64,000 nucleotides of DNA from Eledone cirrhosa (taxonomy: Eukaryota), in the NCBI GenBank assembly GCA_964016885.1, contig OZ024742.1, positions 153,574,001 to 153,638,000 on the forward strand, read 5' to 3'. Within the stretch, counting starts at the first letter, position 1. Each line of letters starts with the position of its first letter. This document shows positions 39,601 to 54,183 of the stretch, piece by piece. The translations under genes were made by a program, and so were the position numbers. The notes below the pieces were generated by a model that ran no database searches, was not told the origin of the DNA, and saw only the letters and a list, made by a program, of their open reading frames with translations.

Positions 39601-40270
39601 TATAGTGTACATAGGGGAGACAGCTCGTAGTGTAGGGGAACGGATAAACGAACACTGGCGAGAGCTTCAAGATAGTAAAGAATCATCTGTACTCTACCAA
39701 CATGCTAAAATAGAACATAAGGGTAAATTAGTGAACATAGAATTAAAAATAGAATCTACACACAGAAAAGACGCAATGTTTAGACAAATCACAGAAGCAA
39801 TAAACATAAAAGAATTACAACCAAAATTAAATAGAAAATATGAGTGGAACAGCAACATCATAACTTACAATTAAGGACAAAATGAAAACACACACGGACA
39901 TAGAACAAACAACCAACCGGTAACATGTAAATAAACAAATAAATAAACGAATATAAACACACACATACACCCGGATGTGGTGCATGCGCAGACTGGGCAC
40001 ACAACACACACACAGAAACAAAATGGCGTAGGACAGAACAAAGGAGAGGCACACAAACAAAGAAAAGAATCCCCAGTCACTGAAGAGGTCGCATAATGTG
40101 TGACGAAATAACTTTGACAATATATAAACAACTATCTGGTTGTGGAACCAACCAGCCAACCAGAAATTTATAAATTCCTAAATTTATAAATTTATTATAA
40201 TAAATTGAAGTGAAAGCAACTGGTGCGTGTGTTTCTTATTGGCATCATGACCCTCCGAAAGTATAACAAT
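36680..40270 (+). mobile_element. PLE family B, near full length, disabled
   Basis: Coding remnant followed by pseudo-LTR with HHR at 40076-40118, ending at ataacaat + (TA)n. Confidence 0.9.
36700..39874 (+). pseudogene. Penelope-like RT + GIY-YIG ORF with several stops and frameshifts
   Basis: PTDKSG, LYGLRKDHK, TRPVCG, SMDVVSLYPSI, AGDIANLFM, YSRYVDD, NCKTRNVVYSIRC...YIGETARSVGERINEH; Asn-rich insert near the N-terminus. Confidence 0.9.
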
Positions 40271-40422
40271 ATATATATATATATATATATTGTTATACTT
40301 AGGGTGGGTCATATTGTTGTAATAATATTGCCAGAATTAATAACAGAACACACTCACTGTTTGGTTGGTTTTCGCTTCTGTATCTTTTATATCACTTAAT
40401 TTATTCTGTCCTCAATGCTTAG

Positions 40423-41164
<742 letters not shown>

Positions 41165-41314
41165 TCTTTTACTCTTTTACCTGTTTCAGCCATCCGGCTG
41201 AGGCCATGCTGGGGCATATATATATGTAAGAGGTAAACTACAGAAATAAGAACACAATCGGCACAGTATGTGGAAGGGATATATTAGGTTAACGCTTGAT
41301 ATAATAGGAAGAGC

Positions 41315-41350
41315 GACGTAACGTTTCGGACGCCAGTCCTTCATCATCAG
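41315..41350 (-). ncRNA. Degenerate hammerhead motif
   Basis: CUGAUGA ugaa ggac-uggc-gucc GAAA cg-uua-cg UC; stems II and III good, stem I not evident. Confidence 0.4.
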
Positions 41351-41435
41351 AAATGATGAGAAATAAGATAGATTGAGGGGATGGGCGGGTTGGAATTTGA
41401 AAAAATGTCTTTAGATAAAAATAACAGGTTCATAT

Positions 41436-41509
<74 letters not shown>

Positions 41510-42216
41510 GAATTTTATTCCTTTTTTCCAAATTTGAATTGACCGCCAAAACCGGGGGTTACCTCCCTTCTGGAAAACCATGTGCGTTCTAACAGTACTT
41601 ACTACTTGCATTCACACCCGGGCGGACGAGAACGAAAAACTTGTTGACGGAGTAAATTCCTTGTTCTATCTTCCCAAAACCATTAACTTGCAGAGCCCTG
41701 CAAGTGGATTTTGTCGATTTCGGATTTACAGAACCCTTGCGGAGATATTATATATTATATGTGATGTATATTATATGGTATATATCATGTGTTGTGCATG
41801 ATGTCGACGCGAGGGTCCAGGTTAGTCAAATATTATCCTGAGTTCAGTTTTTTCGTCGCTATGGTCACTGCGGCTCGTCTATCGGTAGCTGCCTTCAATT
41901 TGCAAAGCTGCCTAAACGTAATGTTATAACTCTAGAGTAATATACCATATTGAGTGCTTAGCAGCACAACGAGATTGAATTTTCGTTAGCTTGGCTGTAT
42001 CCAGAGCTTCGATGATGTTGTACTAAATGTTGTATATATATATATATATATATAAAAGAAGATAAAGAAAAAATAAACAAGTTTCGTTTAATGATTTTAT
42101 ATTTTTCTTAAGTATCGAACTGTTATGTGTTTCACAGATGTTTGGCTCATGGTCCACTATGGTAGCTCTGATCCAGACTCCAGTATCAAACTGCTAACCA
42201 GACTGATCATATAAAA

Positions 42217-42248
<32 letters not shown>

Positions 42249-43099
42249 GTCTGTAATAGTAAACCATTCACATGATGGTTATTTGTATTCAATAAACATA
42301 TGACTAAATACAAATTGGAGTGAGCAGTGACAGTCTGACACCTATTTTTCATGTCTCCTAGAACCATTTATTTATGTTTAAATTGATCAAATTTGGAAAC
42401 ATGACCTCCCTTTCTGCAGGTTTCGACCTACGTCAAATAAACCCACTTTTCTCTGGTGGGAAAATGAATTATCTCCCCTGGAATATCAATGCTATTATCT
42501 CTGAGTAAATGGGGCAGATCAAATCATATAGGGGGACGAACAGCTTAATTTAGGATTAAAAAATATCGAAACTTATATGCTGCGTTAGTAAAGGTTGTGT
42601 GATCGGAAGAATAATTGATATACTAGACACATGGGAGTAGGAGTTAGTATAGAATAGAAGGTCAATGATGAAATATCATAAAGTTAGATTGATGCAGATG
42701 TACATCAAATTAATTGTATGAAAACGGGATTGTAGGAACGGAAAGTGTGCAGTTTGATATAGTATAAGCTACAGGGATAAAACATATAGTATAGACTGGC
42801 AGAAATATTAGAGCAAATAAGAAAGCAAGAAAGCCTATCATATTTATACGACATTGAATTTGCAAGCCAGGTGTTCGTTCAGAGTCATATATTTTTGGTG
42901 GAAAGAACAGCTAATCCCGGTACATATGTGGAACTTATCTTATATATGTCTATGATGGATTAAAGCCAATGTCACCATCGAGCAATATAATATAAGAAGG
43001 TATAGAAAGGTAATTAAAGGCATTTAAATTTCTGCAATACTCTAGCATTTCTTGCAATGATGCCACTCAATCTTCCCCGAAAGTCTGCAATATTAATAT

Positions 43100-44330
43100 G
43101 TTAGAAACTCGTTCACGTAGGTTTACTGATAAAGCTACCAACATTCTTGTGGTACATATTTTTCCGTCCACTGGCAACAATTAGATACTGTTATTTTTTA
43201 AACACAAATTATAAAGTAACGTATTACAATGCCACAACAATTTTGGATGTCGTCAATCACAACTAACCTATAAATCATGCATATTTTAATTAACTATTAA
43301 AGATGATGCGCTGCATGATTTTATCACAAAATATTAAAACAAAACTGAATATAAAAATAAGGAATTATTTTTGTATTCTGTCAATACAGTGATGCACCTT
43401 TCCCTCTTAATGAGGACTGTATAATTAAATGATGCACTCAAATCCAGACCTTTGAGAGTGAACAGGGTTATATCAACGTGGTAGTTTACAAATAATTATA
43501 ATCTCCATATCGAATGATGAAAGACAAAAATAGCTTCTAGTTGGGATTTGATCCTATACTATAATGAAACGTATGTCAATACTATACATTTTTTCTATAA
43601 CTCTTATTTTTCTAGAAATCGACGCTCGCATTTAATCGATAATATTACTGTACATTTAGCGAATTCATTTTGAATTCCATGTTGCAATTTATATTTAGTT
43701 ACTTATACAATAAAGTATATTTTCCCGTCGTAGATTTGTTCCGGATATTACATGCGATATTCCGAATAAAATAAGAGCTTCATTATTGGCTTCATTCATG
43801 GAATTCTTAACGCACTATAGTTTACTAATCTCCTTGTTGCTTTGAAAGGTCTGCGAGGACATCACATTTTATTGTGAATCTGATATTAATTCAGTCGATG
43901 ACACGATATATCGATTTAATAATTGAAACTCCGTTTCATACCATTATAATTTCTCTGCTATTTCCTTTTTTCTTGAAACATTGGAACTATTTTCATACAG
44001 GAAGTTACACACATTTATCTATAAATCATTGATATCCGCTGCCAAGGATGTCAGATTAACAACATAATTAAGGAGCATATATTGGCGAATATCTACTTAT
44101 AAGGGATAAACGAATTCGGATGCAAAAAGATATACAAATAATTTCAGCAGTTTAATATATAAAAAATATTCATACGTTCCAAAATGTAGAGAATAGGATG
44201 ATGTCTTTCGTCTTTTTTTGGATTCGTAATCTGAGACAAGAAAATTAATTGCAAATAAAAATGTGGCATCAATAATCAATAAATCCACTCTGAGCAATCT
44301 AACCCAGGCATACATTTTCAAGGGGTGATG
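43100..44330 (+). pseudogene. Possible ancient hAT-type transposase fossil
   Basis: Broken frames give FTDKATNI, RCMILSQN, RLYQRGSL and SSFLDS*SETR in the order of hAT motifs (TDGA, HCxxH, RWLSRG, FS...K.K.R); weak. Confidence 0.25.
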
Positions 44331-44792
44331 GAGAGAATCATAAGTATTACCGCCCACGACACATACACTTAAACCAAAAGTATGCACGCTAAGAAAGTTT
44401 ATTCGTTACCATAATCCGTGCTTTCACGAATGGCTTTAGATGCATGTGCTACTAAAGAAAGATATGGCGGACTAATTTGAGCCTCTCGACTTCTATCTAG
44501 AAAGAGATGATAAGTATACCAAGGAAGGTTTGAACTAACTAAAACTCTTTTTCGCGCTTAATATCTCGGTTCATTTAGCAGATTTCAAATTGATTCAAGA
44601 GTGCTGACATTGCTTCAAATTTGAGGATATTCACCAACCTTTACTTAGCAGACATTGACAATCGAAATAGAGTGAGAAACACTATATTTCCCTTCCTGAC
44701 TAAACAGTGGTAATATGCTCTGTGTATCAAGCAGTGTCGATAAAATGATATACAGAACTGCACGCACACTTCTTCTGTATTTTTGACGTATA

Positions 44793-44930
44793 GAGTTACG
44801 GCCCTTGCCATTCTGAGTTCAAATCCCGCCGAGGTTAACTTTGCCTTTCATCCTTACGGGGTCGATAAAATAAAGTACCAGTAATCTACTGGGTAATTGC
44901 TGGCCTTGTGCCAAAAATAGAAACAATTAT
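44793..44930 (+). mobile_element. SINE family A, 5'-truncated
   Basis: B box GAGTTCAAATCC, central domain and tail. Confidence 0.85.
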
Positions 44931-44985
44931 TAATAGTACATCTGATCTGTTATTATTCTCGGTAAGGGGTTTCCATCAGCTACAT

Positions 44986-45071
44986 TTCTTCTTCTTCTTC
45001 TTCTTCTTCTTCTTCTTCTTCTTCTTCTTCTTCTTCTTCTTCTTCTTCTTCTTCTTCTTCTTCTTCTTCTT

Positions 45072-45102
<31 letters not shown>

Positions 45103-46520
45103 ACTGGGTTGTGGGAGCAGAGTCCTCGAACACGCCTTCCAGTGGCTCGTGTCATAAGCACCCATCTCCAATTGATCCAGCTCCTTAAAGGAGGACGGAG
45201 AGCACCGACGCATTGTACATACGAAGCTTCGTATTCGGGGAGATAGAGCAGTGATGCCAAGTGAACTTCCATTCGAAGTGCATGAATATGGCGGTCTGGT
45301 CACATCTGCTGTTGATCTCCGGAATCAAATCTACATTGTTGGTGAATGGTGAGCTCAGGTAAACGAAGGAACTGACAAACTCCACGACATTGGTGACAAT
45401 ATGTAGCGGTGGAAATTCCGAGACATAACATATATGCATTATTTTGGTCATCGCCGAGCTCACCTGAAAGCAAACAATTGCTGATTCATCCCGGTATGTG
45501 GTCAGTGCGTCCCTGATCTAATTGATTGAGTTGCTGAATAGATTTGTGTCGTCCGCATACTCCAAATCGCTAAAGTTATAGTTCTCGAGTTAATGTGAGA
45601 AACTTGTTCACATGCCTTGGTCATCATATAGACCATGAAACAATTGAAGAGGTCAGGGGCAGCAACCCAATCCTGTTTGACCCCGCTATTGATGAACACA
45701 TTGTCAGATTCCTTCCCGTTCACCGGCAAGATACTAGCGATAGAGCACTTGTAAGAGGATAGTGATCTTGGGAAATGCGTGATAATTATTTCAGAGGGAT
45801 GCATGGTCCACCATGTCGAAACCTACTTTTGTTCAGCAAAGGTAGCATAGAGGCGACGAATTTGCAGAACTCCCGAGACCTTTCAATGATACACGGAAGG
45901 CAAAGATTTCGTCGGCTATACATCGATTTGTCATGAATCCAGCTTGTTGCGGGTGACGTTTGCGACTAATGGCGGGCAGAGCACGACTGAGGTGGATTTT
46001 AGTGAAGAGCTTGCTGGGGATGAAATGGACATTGATATAGTCGAAGATGATGCCCCACTGCAAACATTGGGAGCCGCTCTGATACCAATACATGGTTGGT
46101 GATGCCAGTGAGCCACCACTCTTCAGCTTCTTCGTGGCGGTTCTGACTTGAATGGGGTGGGGGTGGGGGGGGACAGGATCGAGTCAGCAAAGGTCATGAT
46201 GGTTAGGTAGGGATCGATTCGGATGTGTGTGTGATGAAACAGAAAGCCGAAAACCTCCTTTCCAGCGTTTGAGGGGGTGGATCTGGTGGCCATGACGTTG
46301 CCATTGTTTTCCATCACCAGGGCTGACTTTATCTGGGAACCGACACAAGCTTTGTGGAGTGTGTTGAACAGCTGGCAGAGGTCGTTCATTTTGCCGCTGT
46401 CTCCAGGTGCTCGGATTCGTCCGGTCAAAATTTCTCCCGGTCATCCATGATGGCCTTGATGCTCTGTCATATATGCGTATATGAACACACAACCCGAATC
46501 CGCTTGCTGCTGCGGTCGGG
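44986..46520 (-). mobile_element. Decayed RTE-clade LINE ending in an expanded (GAA)n tail (44986-45101)
   Basis: PQQAGF..NRCIADEIF, SGVKQDWVAAPDLFN, DLEYADD, FVYLSS, TKLRMYNASVLSVLL; (TTC)n on plus strand directly at the 3' end. Confidence 0.8.
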
Positions 46521-46730
46521 ATTAAGCCTATATATCTATGTACTGCCTATCTCACACTCCATATATATATTTATGTGGGTGTGTGTATGTATATATATAT
46601 ATATATATATACATACACACACACATATATATATATATGTGTATATATACATACACACACAGACACACACATATATATATACACAAATTTCTATACACAC
46701 ACATATACATATATATATATATATATCTTA

Positions 46731-46781
<51 letters not shown>

Positions 46782-46782
<1 letters not shown>

Positions 46783-49700
46783 GTAGGGGGTGAGTTTTAT
46801 CGTAGCACAATAAAGCAATGCAAATATCGGATAAGTAGCACTCTACAATTTGTAGTACTGTAATATAAATAATATAAGATCAAAAGATGGTTAAAAGAGT
46901 TCCAAAGAATTTTATTATGCGCATTTCAAAAACAAATATCATCATGAGATGATATCTGCGTTTTCATCAGATAAAATAAGGATAAATGATATGAAGGTTA
47001 AAAAATACTTGTGAATAGTGAAGTTATAAATCAACATATGAAAAGTAATTTAAGATTGATGTGTGATATTGGGAAACAGTGAGGGGGTTTGGAAACGGTA
47101 AGGAAGAGGAGGAGATGAAAGTAAAGAATGGTGGGAGAGGAGTATAAGAAGGAAGGATGAGAGAGGAAGAGAGATGGGTGATGGAGAGAGAGAGATAGCC
47201 TTTGCAACTGAGAAAAAGATATATATTGTCTCACAGAGAGAAGTTAAAAAGCTGTCGGAAGAAATAGATAATTTAAAAGAATTTGAAATTAAAAGTTGAT
47301 GAAGAGAAAAAGGGGTTAGGAATAATATTAAATTAAGGTTTGTATATTGAAGGGTTTTATAATATGAGCGAGGAAAAGAAATGGTTAATATGTATTATTA
47401 AAATAAAAATGTTAATGGTATTAAGGATGTAATGTGAAAAGAAGTAGAAGAGTGGATGAGTTATGAATTTAGAGGAATTATTTAGTGTTTAAGTTTGTTT
47501 TTATGTTATGTAATATCTGTGCGTAATATATGTACATAGTTTGTTTAAAAATGAGCGCAGAAAGCAAAGAAGAAAATAATGTTTAAGAAAGAAAATATTT
47601 AACATCAAAATATATATGTTTACGAAATATTTTCTAATGGTAACAATATAATATATTAAAGGAAATTAGTTAGGGTTTAAGTTTGTTTTTATGCATTGTA
47701 ATATGTAATTTGTAAAAGTCAAACGAGCATGAAAGGAAGAGATAAGGAACTTATGGAAGAAAAATCTAACGTCAAAAAATGTTTACGTTTACGAAGGACT
47801 ATTAAAGGTAATACTATAATGTATTTAAAAGATAATACTAATTTGTATGGCCAGTGATATGAAGAAAGATTGAAGAGTTGGTATGTTGCGGTGCGTAATA
47901 ATAAGAATTGAGATGTAGTTAAGAAGAAAAATTACAGACTAGAGGTTAGAAATTAAAAAGAGAAAAGAAAAGAGGAAGAAAGTAAAGTGATGAAGATGAA
48001 TGATATAGAATAAGTAACTTGTATTATATAATATATAATAAATAATATTGAAATAAGGTAGAAAGATGGGTATATTTAAAAAATATATATAAGCCTTTGA
48101 GAAAAAGGATTTTAAACTAGTAAAGTATTAGATATTAGCTGTATACTTTATGGAATGTTCTGTGGAATTTATGCAGAGCGAAAATAAATCAGTGCGTCTA
48201 TTTATTATAGAATCTAAATTAGATATAATGATCAATTTCTCAGATAGGCAAAGATTACACGTTCTAGATAGGGAGGCATTCAAGTAGCGATAGGCAGAAC
48301 ACATTTTCTCCAAGATATGTTATAGTTAATATTTTTGTCTTTCAAGGACCATATGTGTTCTGAGAGTGCCGTGTCAGTACTTTTAAGTTGGTATCTAAAT
48401 ACGAATTGTGATTATAAAATCTCACTTTGAAGGAGGTGGAAGTGGAACCGGAATAGCTAAGGGAATTGGTATCAATTATAACCTTACATTCATAGTCTAA
48501 GTTATTTTCAAGACAATGGATATTGAGAAGACATTTAATTTTAACAGGGCAATTACAATTGCGATTAGAGAAATTAACAGAGTTATTAACAAATGACCTA
48601 GTGTTATTTATAGGAGGAATTGCATTGGAGAAGTTATTTACGACAGGAATAATAGTTTCCTGATTTAGATTGGTATTATGAACATTCAAAAAGTTAGGTT
48701 TGACGTCGTATTTGAGTTTGCTGAATCTAGCCTAGAGTTAACAATGACGTCGGGTGTACGTACTACTGCTATTATTATGACACTCTGTGTTGGATGGATG
48801 TGATTTAATATTTAATATTTTATTGTTGTGTTTAGAGATAATGTTAGAGATGTTGGAGGAGGTGGAATATGAAGATTTTAATGTATGTTTCTTAAATATT
48901 TTACTATAGATATGTGAGGGAGGGAAGCATTTATCTAAGGCCCTAAAGAATAGTTTAGGAATATTATTATTAATAGAAATAGAGAAAGGCGCATTATACC
49001 AGATGATATTTGTGTATCTCGGTCTTTTATTTAAGTTATTGGAATGATCATAATTAATTACTTTACTGTAAGATCGTCTAGGATTGGTTTCGTTACTGTA
49101 TTTAATTTTATCAGGATAACCGGCTTTAGAAAGTGCATTATTATAGTAATTGGCGTTAACATCAACGATATATTTATTAGAGGATAGGTTTGATATTCTT
49201 TTTCCAATAATACTAACTATAGCATTTTTAATATTAGTGGGGTGGTTAGATTGAAAATTAACATAACTTAGATTCTCATTGTTTTTATGGTAAGGGTAAT
49301 ATAGGCCAGTGTCAAGATTAAGGGATATATCCAATAAGTTAGCTAGTTTGACATTGTTATCAAATTCGATTTTAAGGTTATGTTGCTTAAAGCGATCACA
49401 TATATTGTTCTTAATAATATTAAGGTTAACTAAATTGCAATTTAAGATACTAAAAAGTCCATCGTCACGATAAATTCCACTGCGAAGTCGAGACATTTTC
49501 CGATTTAAAGAATTCAAAATAAAGATACCAATCAAATCAGTCAATTGCGATGAATCGAAAGCACCCATTGTGATATCAAAGTTGTTGGCGGTATCAGTTC
49601 TAGTCCTGTATTCATTGTTGAATTCTAAGATGGTTTTGCTTGAGGTGAGAATGATGTGAAATTCATCTGTGGTGATATCAGAATATTTAAAAGCGAAAGA

Positions 49701-50057
49701 TAGAGTATTGTTGAGAAGTGAAGGCGAAATAGAAGAGTAGTAGCTGGCAATATCAAATTGAATAAATTGTTGTTTGTTTTTCTTATTCAGGTTGTTGAAC
49801 TAGCCAATTACTTCAGATGTACCAAACCATAAATTTAAGTTAGAAACAGAGCAATTAGAACGAACCAGTGGCTTTACTAACAACCCCGAGATCTGATTTA
49901 GAGGAGAAGATTAGTCTAACAGGTAGTTCCGTTCGAAAATTACTTTTATGATCCTTGAGATTTATCCTCGGAGTTCTTGGGAGGAATGGTTCGGTCTTCT
50001 TTTCAATGCCAAGTTTTGACATAATCTCAGAAGCTTCAAAGTTTAAAGATTCCAAAT
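46782..50057 (-). mobile_element. PLE family E, 5'-truncated inverted arm (RT, GIY-YIG, long 3' UTR, HHR)
   Basis: ORFs with LKDHK, IYRDDG, CNCPVKIKC and CNLCLSEK; reverse complement of about 50900-54105 plus an extension matching 50060-50165. Confidence 0.9.
46909..46977 (-). ncRNA. Type I hammerhead ribozyme, family E pseudo-LTR
   Basis: Exact reverse complement of 54001-54069. Confidence 0.85.
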
Positions 50058-50243
50058 TGTCTTTTGATCTTATATTATTTATACTCCAGTCCTACAAACT
50101 GTAGACTGCTACTTATCAGATATTTGCATTGCTTTATTGTACAACAATAACACTCACCTCCTACATTAACTTGCTCCTTAACGGTTGTGCGCTAACCCTC
50201 ATATCGGATACCTTTTGATGGTCTTTCATTTTTCTTCTACAAC

Positions 50244-52844
50244 ATGGAATATTACAACATAACCACTTCAACTAAAGACATTCCTATACCTGGTAAATCT
50301 GAATTCACTAAAATTCAGATTGAAAAGACTGACTCCTTCATGAGAAGGCTTAGATGGATAGCCTTTTTCCATGACCAGCGCCAAAAGGAAATTTCTATAC
50401 TAAGGAACATAGCTTTCTTGATCATTTATTTAACTCTAGAAGAAATCCTCCTTCCAACAGAAATCTAGTGCAATTCGAGGAAGAATTAACTAATATTATA
50501 AGAAAGGGTGTTATATTGGCAGTATCGGTAGAGGGTCAGACGCCATGCTTTCTAGCATAGTGATGTCCCTTTATGATCTGAGTTCAACTCCCTCCGAGGA
50601 TAACTTTGCCTTTCATCCTTACGAGGTCGATAAAATAAAGTACCAGTAATGCACTGGGTAATTGCTGGCCTTGTGCCAAACGTAGAAACAATTATAAGAA
50701 ATCTTAAAATCAAGAGAAACACTTACAGAGGAAAAGAGCACCTTATAAATCTCAGGAATACGATTTTAAACCTTAATTCCTCTAAAAATGTCTTAGTCCA
50801 CTCCGTCAAAACTAATAATTTATATGCAATATCTAGGGATAACTACAATAACCTTATCCTTAAGGAACTAAGGAAGAAATATCGTAAAACTAACCATGAC
50901 AATATGGAATCTATAAACTTTGAAGCTTCTGAGATTATGTCAAAACTTGGCATTGAAAAAAAGACCGAACCATTCCTCCCAAGAACTCCGAGGATAAATC
51001 TCAAGAATCATAAAAGTAATTTTCGAACGGAACTACCTGTTAGACTAATCGCCCCCTCTAAATCAGATCTGGGGGTTGTTAGTAAAGCCATCTTGGATAT
51101 AACTATCCGACAGGTTCGTTCTAATTGCTCTATTTCTAACTTAAATTTATGGTTTGGTACATCTGAAGTAATTGGTTGGTTCAACAACCTGAATATGAAA
51201 ACAAACAAAAATTCACTCAATTTGATATTGCCAGCTACTATTCTTCTATTTCGCGTTCACTTCACAACAATGCTCTATCTTTCGCTTTTAAATATTCTGA
51301 CATCACCACAGATGAAATTCACATCATTCTCACCGCAAGAAAAACCATATTAGAATTAAACTATGAATACTGGACTAGAGCTGGTACCTCCAACAACTTT
51401 GATATCAAAATCGGTGCTTCCGATTCATCGCAATTGACTGATTTGATTGGTATCTTTATTTTGAATTCTTTAAATCGGAAAATTACTCAACTTCGCGGTG
51501 GAATTTATCGTGACGATGGACTTTTTAGTATCTTAAATTGCAATTTAGTTAACCTTAATATTATTAAGAACAATATATGTGATCTCATTAAGCAACATAA
51601 CCTTAAAATCGACTTTGATAACAACGTCAAACTAGCTAACTTATTGGATATATCCCTTAATCTTGACACTGGCCTATATTACCTTTACCATAAAATCAAT
51701 GAGAATCTAAATTATGTTAATTTTCAATCTAACCACCCCACTAACATTAAAAATGCTATAGTTAGTAATATTGGAAAAAGAATATCAAACCTATCCTCTA
51801 ATAAAAAATATCGTTGATACTAACGCCAATTACTATAATAATGCGCTTTCTAAAGCCGGTTATCCTGATAAAATTAAATACAGTAACGAAACCAATCCTA
51901 GAAGCTCTTACAGTAATATAATTAATTATGATCATTCCAATAACTTAAATAAAAGACCTAGATACAAAAATATAATCTGGTATAATGCTCCTTTCTCTAT
52001 TTCTATTAATAATAATATTGATACACTATTCCTTAGGGCCTTAGATAAATGCTTCTCTCCCTCACATATATATAGTAAAATATTTAACAAACAAACAATA
52101 AAATCTTCCTATTCCATCTTCTCCAACATCTCTATTATTATCTCTAAACACAACAATAAAATATTAAATATTAAATCACATCCTTCCAACACAGAGTGTC
52201 ATAATAAGAGCAGTAGTACTCCCGACATCATTGTTAACTCTAGGCTAGATTCTGCAAACTCAAATACGACGTCAAACCTAACTTCTTTGAATGTTCATAA
52301 TACCAATCTGATTCAGGAAACTATTATTCCTGTCGTAAATAACTTCTCCAATCCAATTCCTCCTATAAATAACACTAGGTCACTTGTTAATAACTCTGTT
52401 AATTTCTCTAATCGCAATTGTAATTGCCCTGTTAAAACTAAATGTCCTCTCAACAACCATTGTCTTGAAAAAACATAGTCTATGAATGTAAGGTTATAAC
52501 TGATAGCAATTCCTTTACCTATTTCGGTTCCACTTCCACCTCTTTCAAAGTGAGATTTTATAATCACAATTCGTTGTTAGTTACCAAATTAAAAGAACTA
52601 ACACGGCACTCTATGAACTCATATGGTCCTTGAAAGACAAAAATATTAACTATAATATCTCTTGGAGGAAAGTTTGTTCTGTCTCTCCCACTTGAATGCC
52701 TCTGTATCCAGAACGTGTAATATTTGCCTATCTGAGACATTTACCATTATATCTAATTTAGATTCTATAATAAATAGACGCACTGATTTATTTTCTCTCT
52801 GCTTGCATAAATTCCACAGAACATTCCATAAAGTATACAGCTAA
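50244..52844 (+). pseudogene. Penelope-like RT + GIY-YIG ORF with frameshifts and a SINE insertion
   Basis: STKDIPIP, FMRRLRW, PSKSDLG, QFDIASYY, IYRDDG, CNCPVKTKCPL, CNICLSE. Confidence 0.9.
50506..50690 (+). mobile_element. SINE family A inserted in the PLE ORF, 11-bp TSD
   Basis: TSD attataagaaa at 50495-50505 and 50691-50701; removal restores ...LTNIIRNLKIKRN... Confidence 0.92.
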
Positions 52845-53999
52845 TATTTAATACTTTACTAGATTAAAATCCTTTTTTCTCAAAGGCTTATATATATTTT
52901 TTAAATAAACCCATCTTTCTACCTTATTTCAATATTATATATTATATATTATATAATACAAGTTACTCATTCTATATATCATTCCTTTTCATCACTTTCC
53001 TTTCTTCCTCTTTTCTTTTCTCTTTTTAGTTTCTAACCTCTAATCTGTACTTTTTCTTCCTGAATACTTCTCAATTCTTATTATTACTCACCACAACATA
53101 TGTACTCTTCCATCTTTCTTCATATCATTGGCCATAACAATTATTATTGTCTTTTACATACATTATAGTATTACCTTTAATAGTCCTTCGTAAACATAAA
53201 CATTTTTTGACGTTAGATTTTTCTTCCTTAAGTTCCATATCTCTTCCTTACATGCTCGTTTGACTTTTACATATTACATATTACAATACATAAAAAACAA
53301 ACTTAAACCCTAACTAATTTCCTTTAATATATTATATTATTACCATTAGAAAATATTTCGTAAACATATATATTTTGATGTTAAATATTTTCTTCCTTAA
53401 ACATTCTTCTCTTCTTTGCTTTCTGCGCTCATTTTTAAACAAACTATTTACATATATTACGCACACATATTACATTACATGAAAACAAACTTAAACACTA
53501 ACTAACTCCTCTAAATTCATGACACATCCACTCTTCTACTTCTTTTCACATTACATCTTTAATAACGTTAACATATTTATTTTAATAATATATATTAACA
53601 ATTTCTTTTCCTCGCATATATTATTAAACCCTTCAATATACAAACCTTAATTTAATATTATTCCTAACCCCTTTTTCTCTACACCAACTCTTAATTTCAA
53701 ATTCTTTTAAATTATCTATTATCTTCCAACAACTTTTTAACTTCTCTCTTTGAGACAATATTGTTTTTCTTAGTTGTAAAGGCTATCTCTCTCTCTCCAT
53801 CACCCATCTCTCCTCCTCTTTCATCCTTCCTCCTTATACTCCACCCCCACTATTCTTTACTCTCATCTCCACCTCTTCCTTACCCTTTCCAAACCCCCTC
53901 ACTTTTTCCTAATATCACACATCAATCTTAAATTATTTTTCATATGTTGATTTAACTTCACTATTCACAAGTGATTTGTAACCTCATATCATGTATCCC

Positions 54000-54070
54000 T
54001 ATTTTATCTGATGAAAACGCAGATATCATCTCATGATGATATTTGTTTTTGAAATGCGCATAATAAAATA
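54000..54070 (+). ncRNA. Type I hammerhead ribozyme, family E pseudo-LTR
   Basis: tattttat CTGATGA [16-bp stem II, tcat loop] GAAA tgcgca TA ataaaata; palindromic stem III. Confidence 0.85.
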
Positions 54071-54100
54071 CTTGTAACTCTTTTAACCATCTTTTGATCT

Positions 54101-54183
<83 letters not shown>

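Larger units (their letters stand above)
50060..54107 (+). mobile_element. PLE family E, near full-length arm, disabled
   Basis: Starts and ends with cttttgatcttatattat; same subtype as family D (STKDIPIP, YRDD, CxCx5C). Confidence 0.9.

Noticed and set aside
30915-39874. Selenocysteine-recoding Naiad-type PLE
   Set aside because: The endonuclease is C-terminal, and the interruptions checked are frameshifts or TAG stops, not in-frame TGA at Cys positions.
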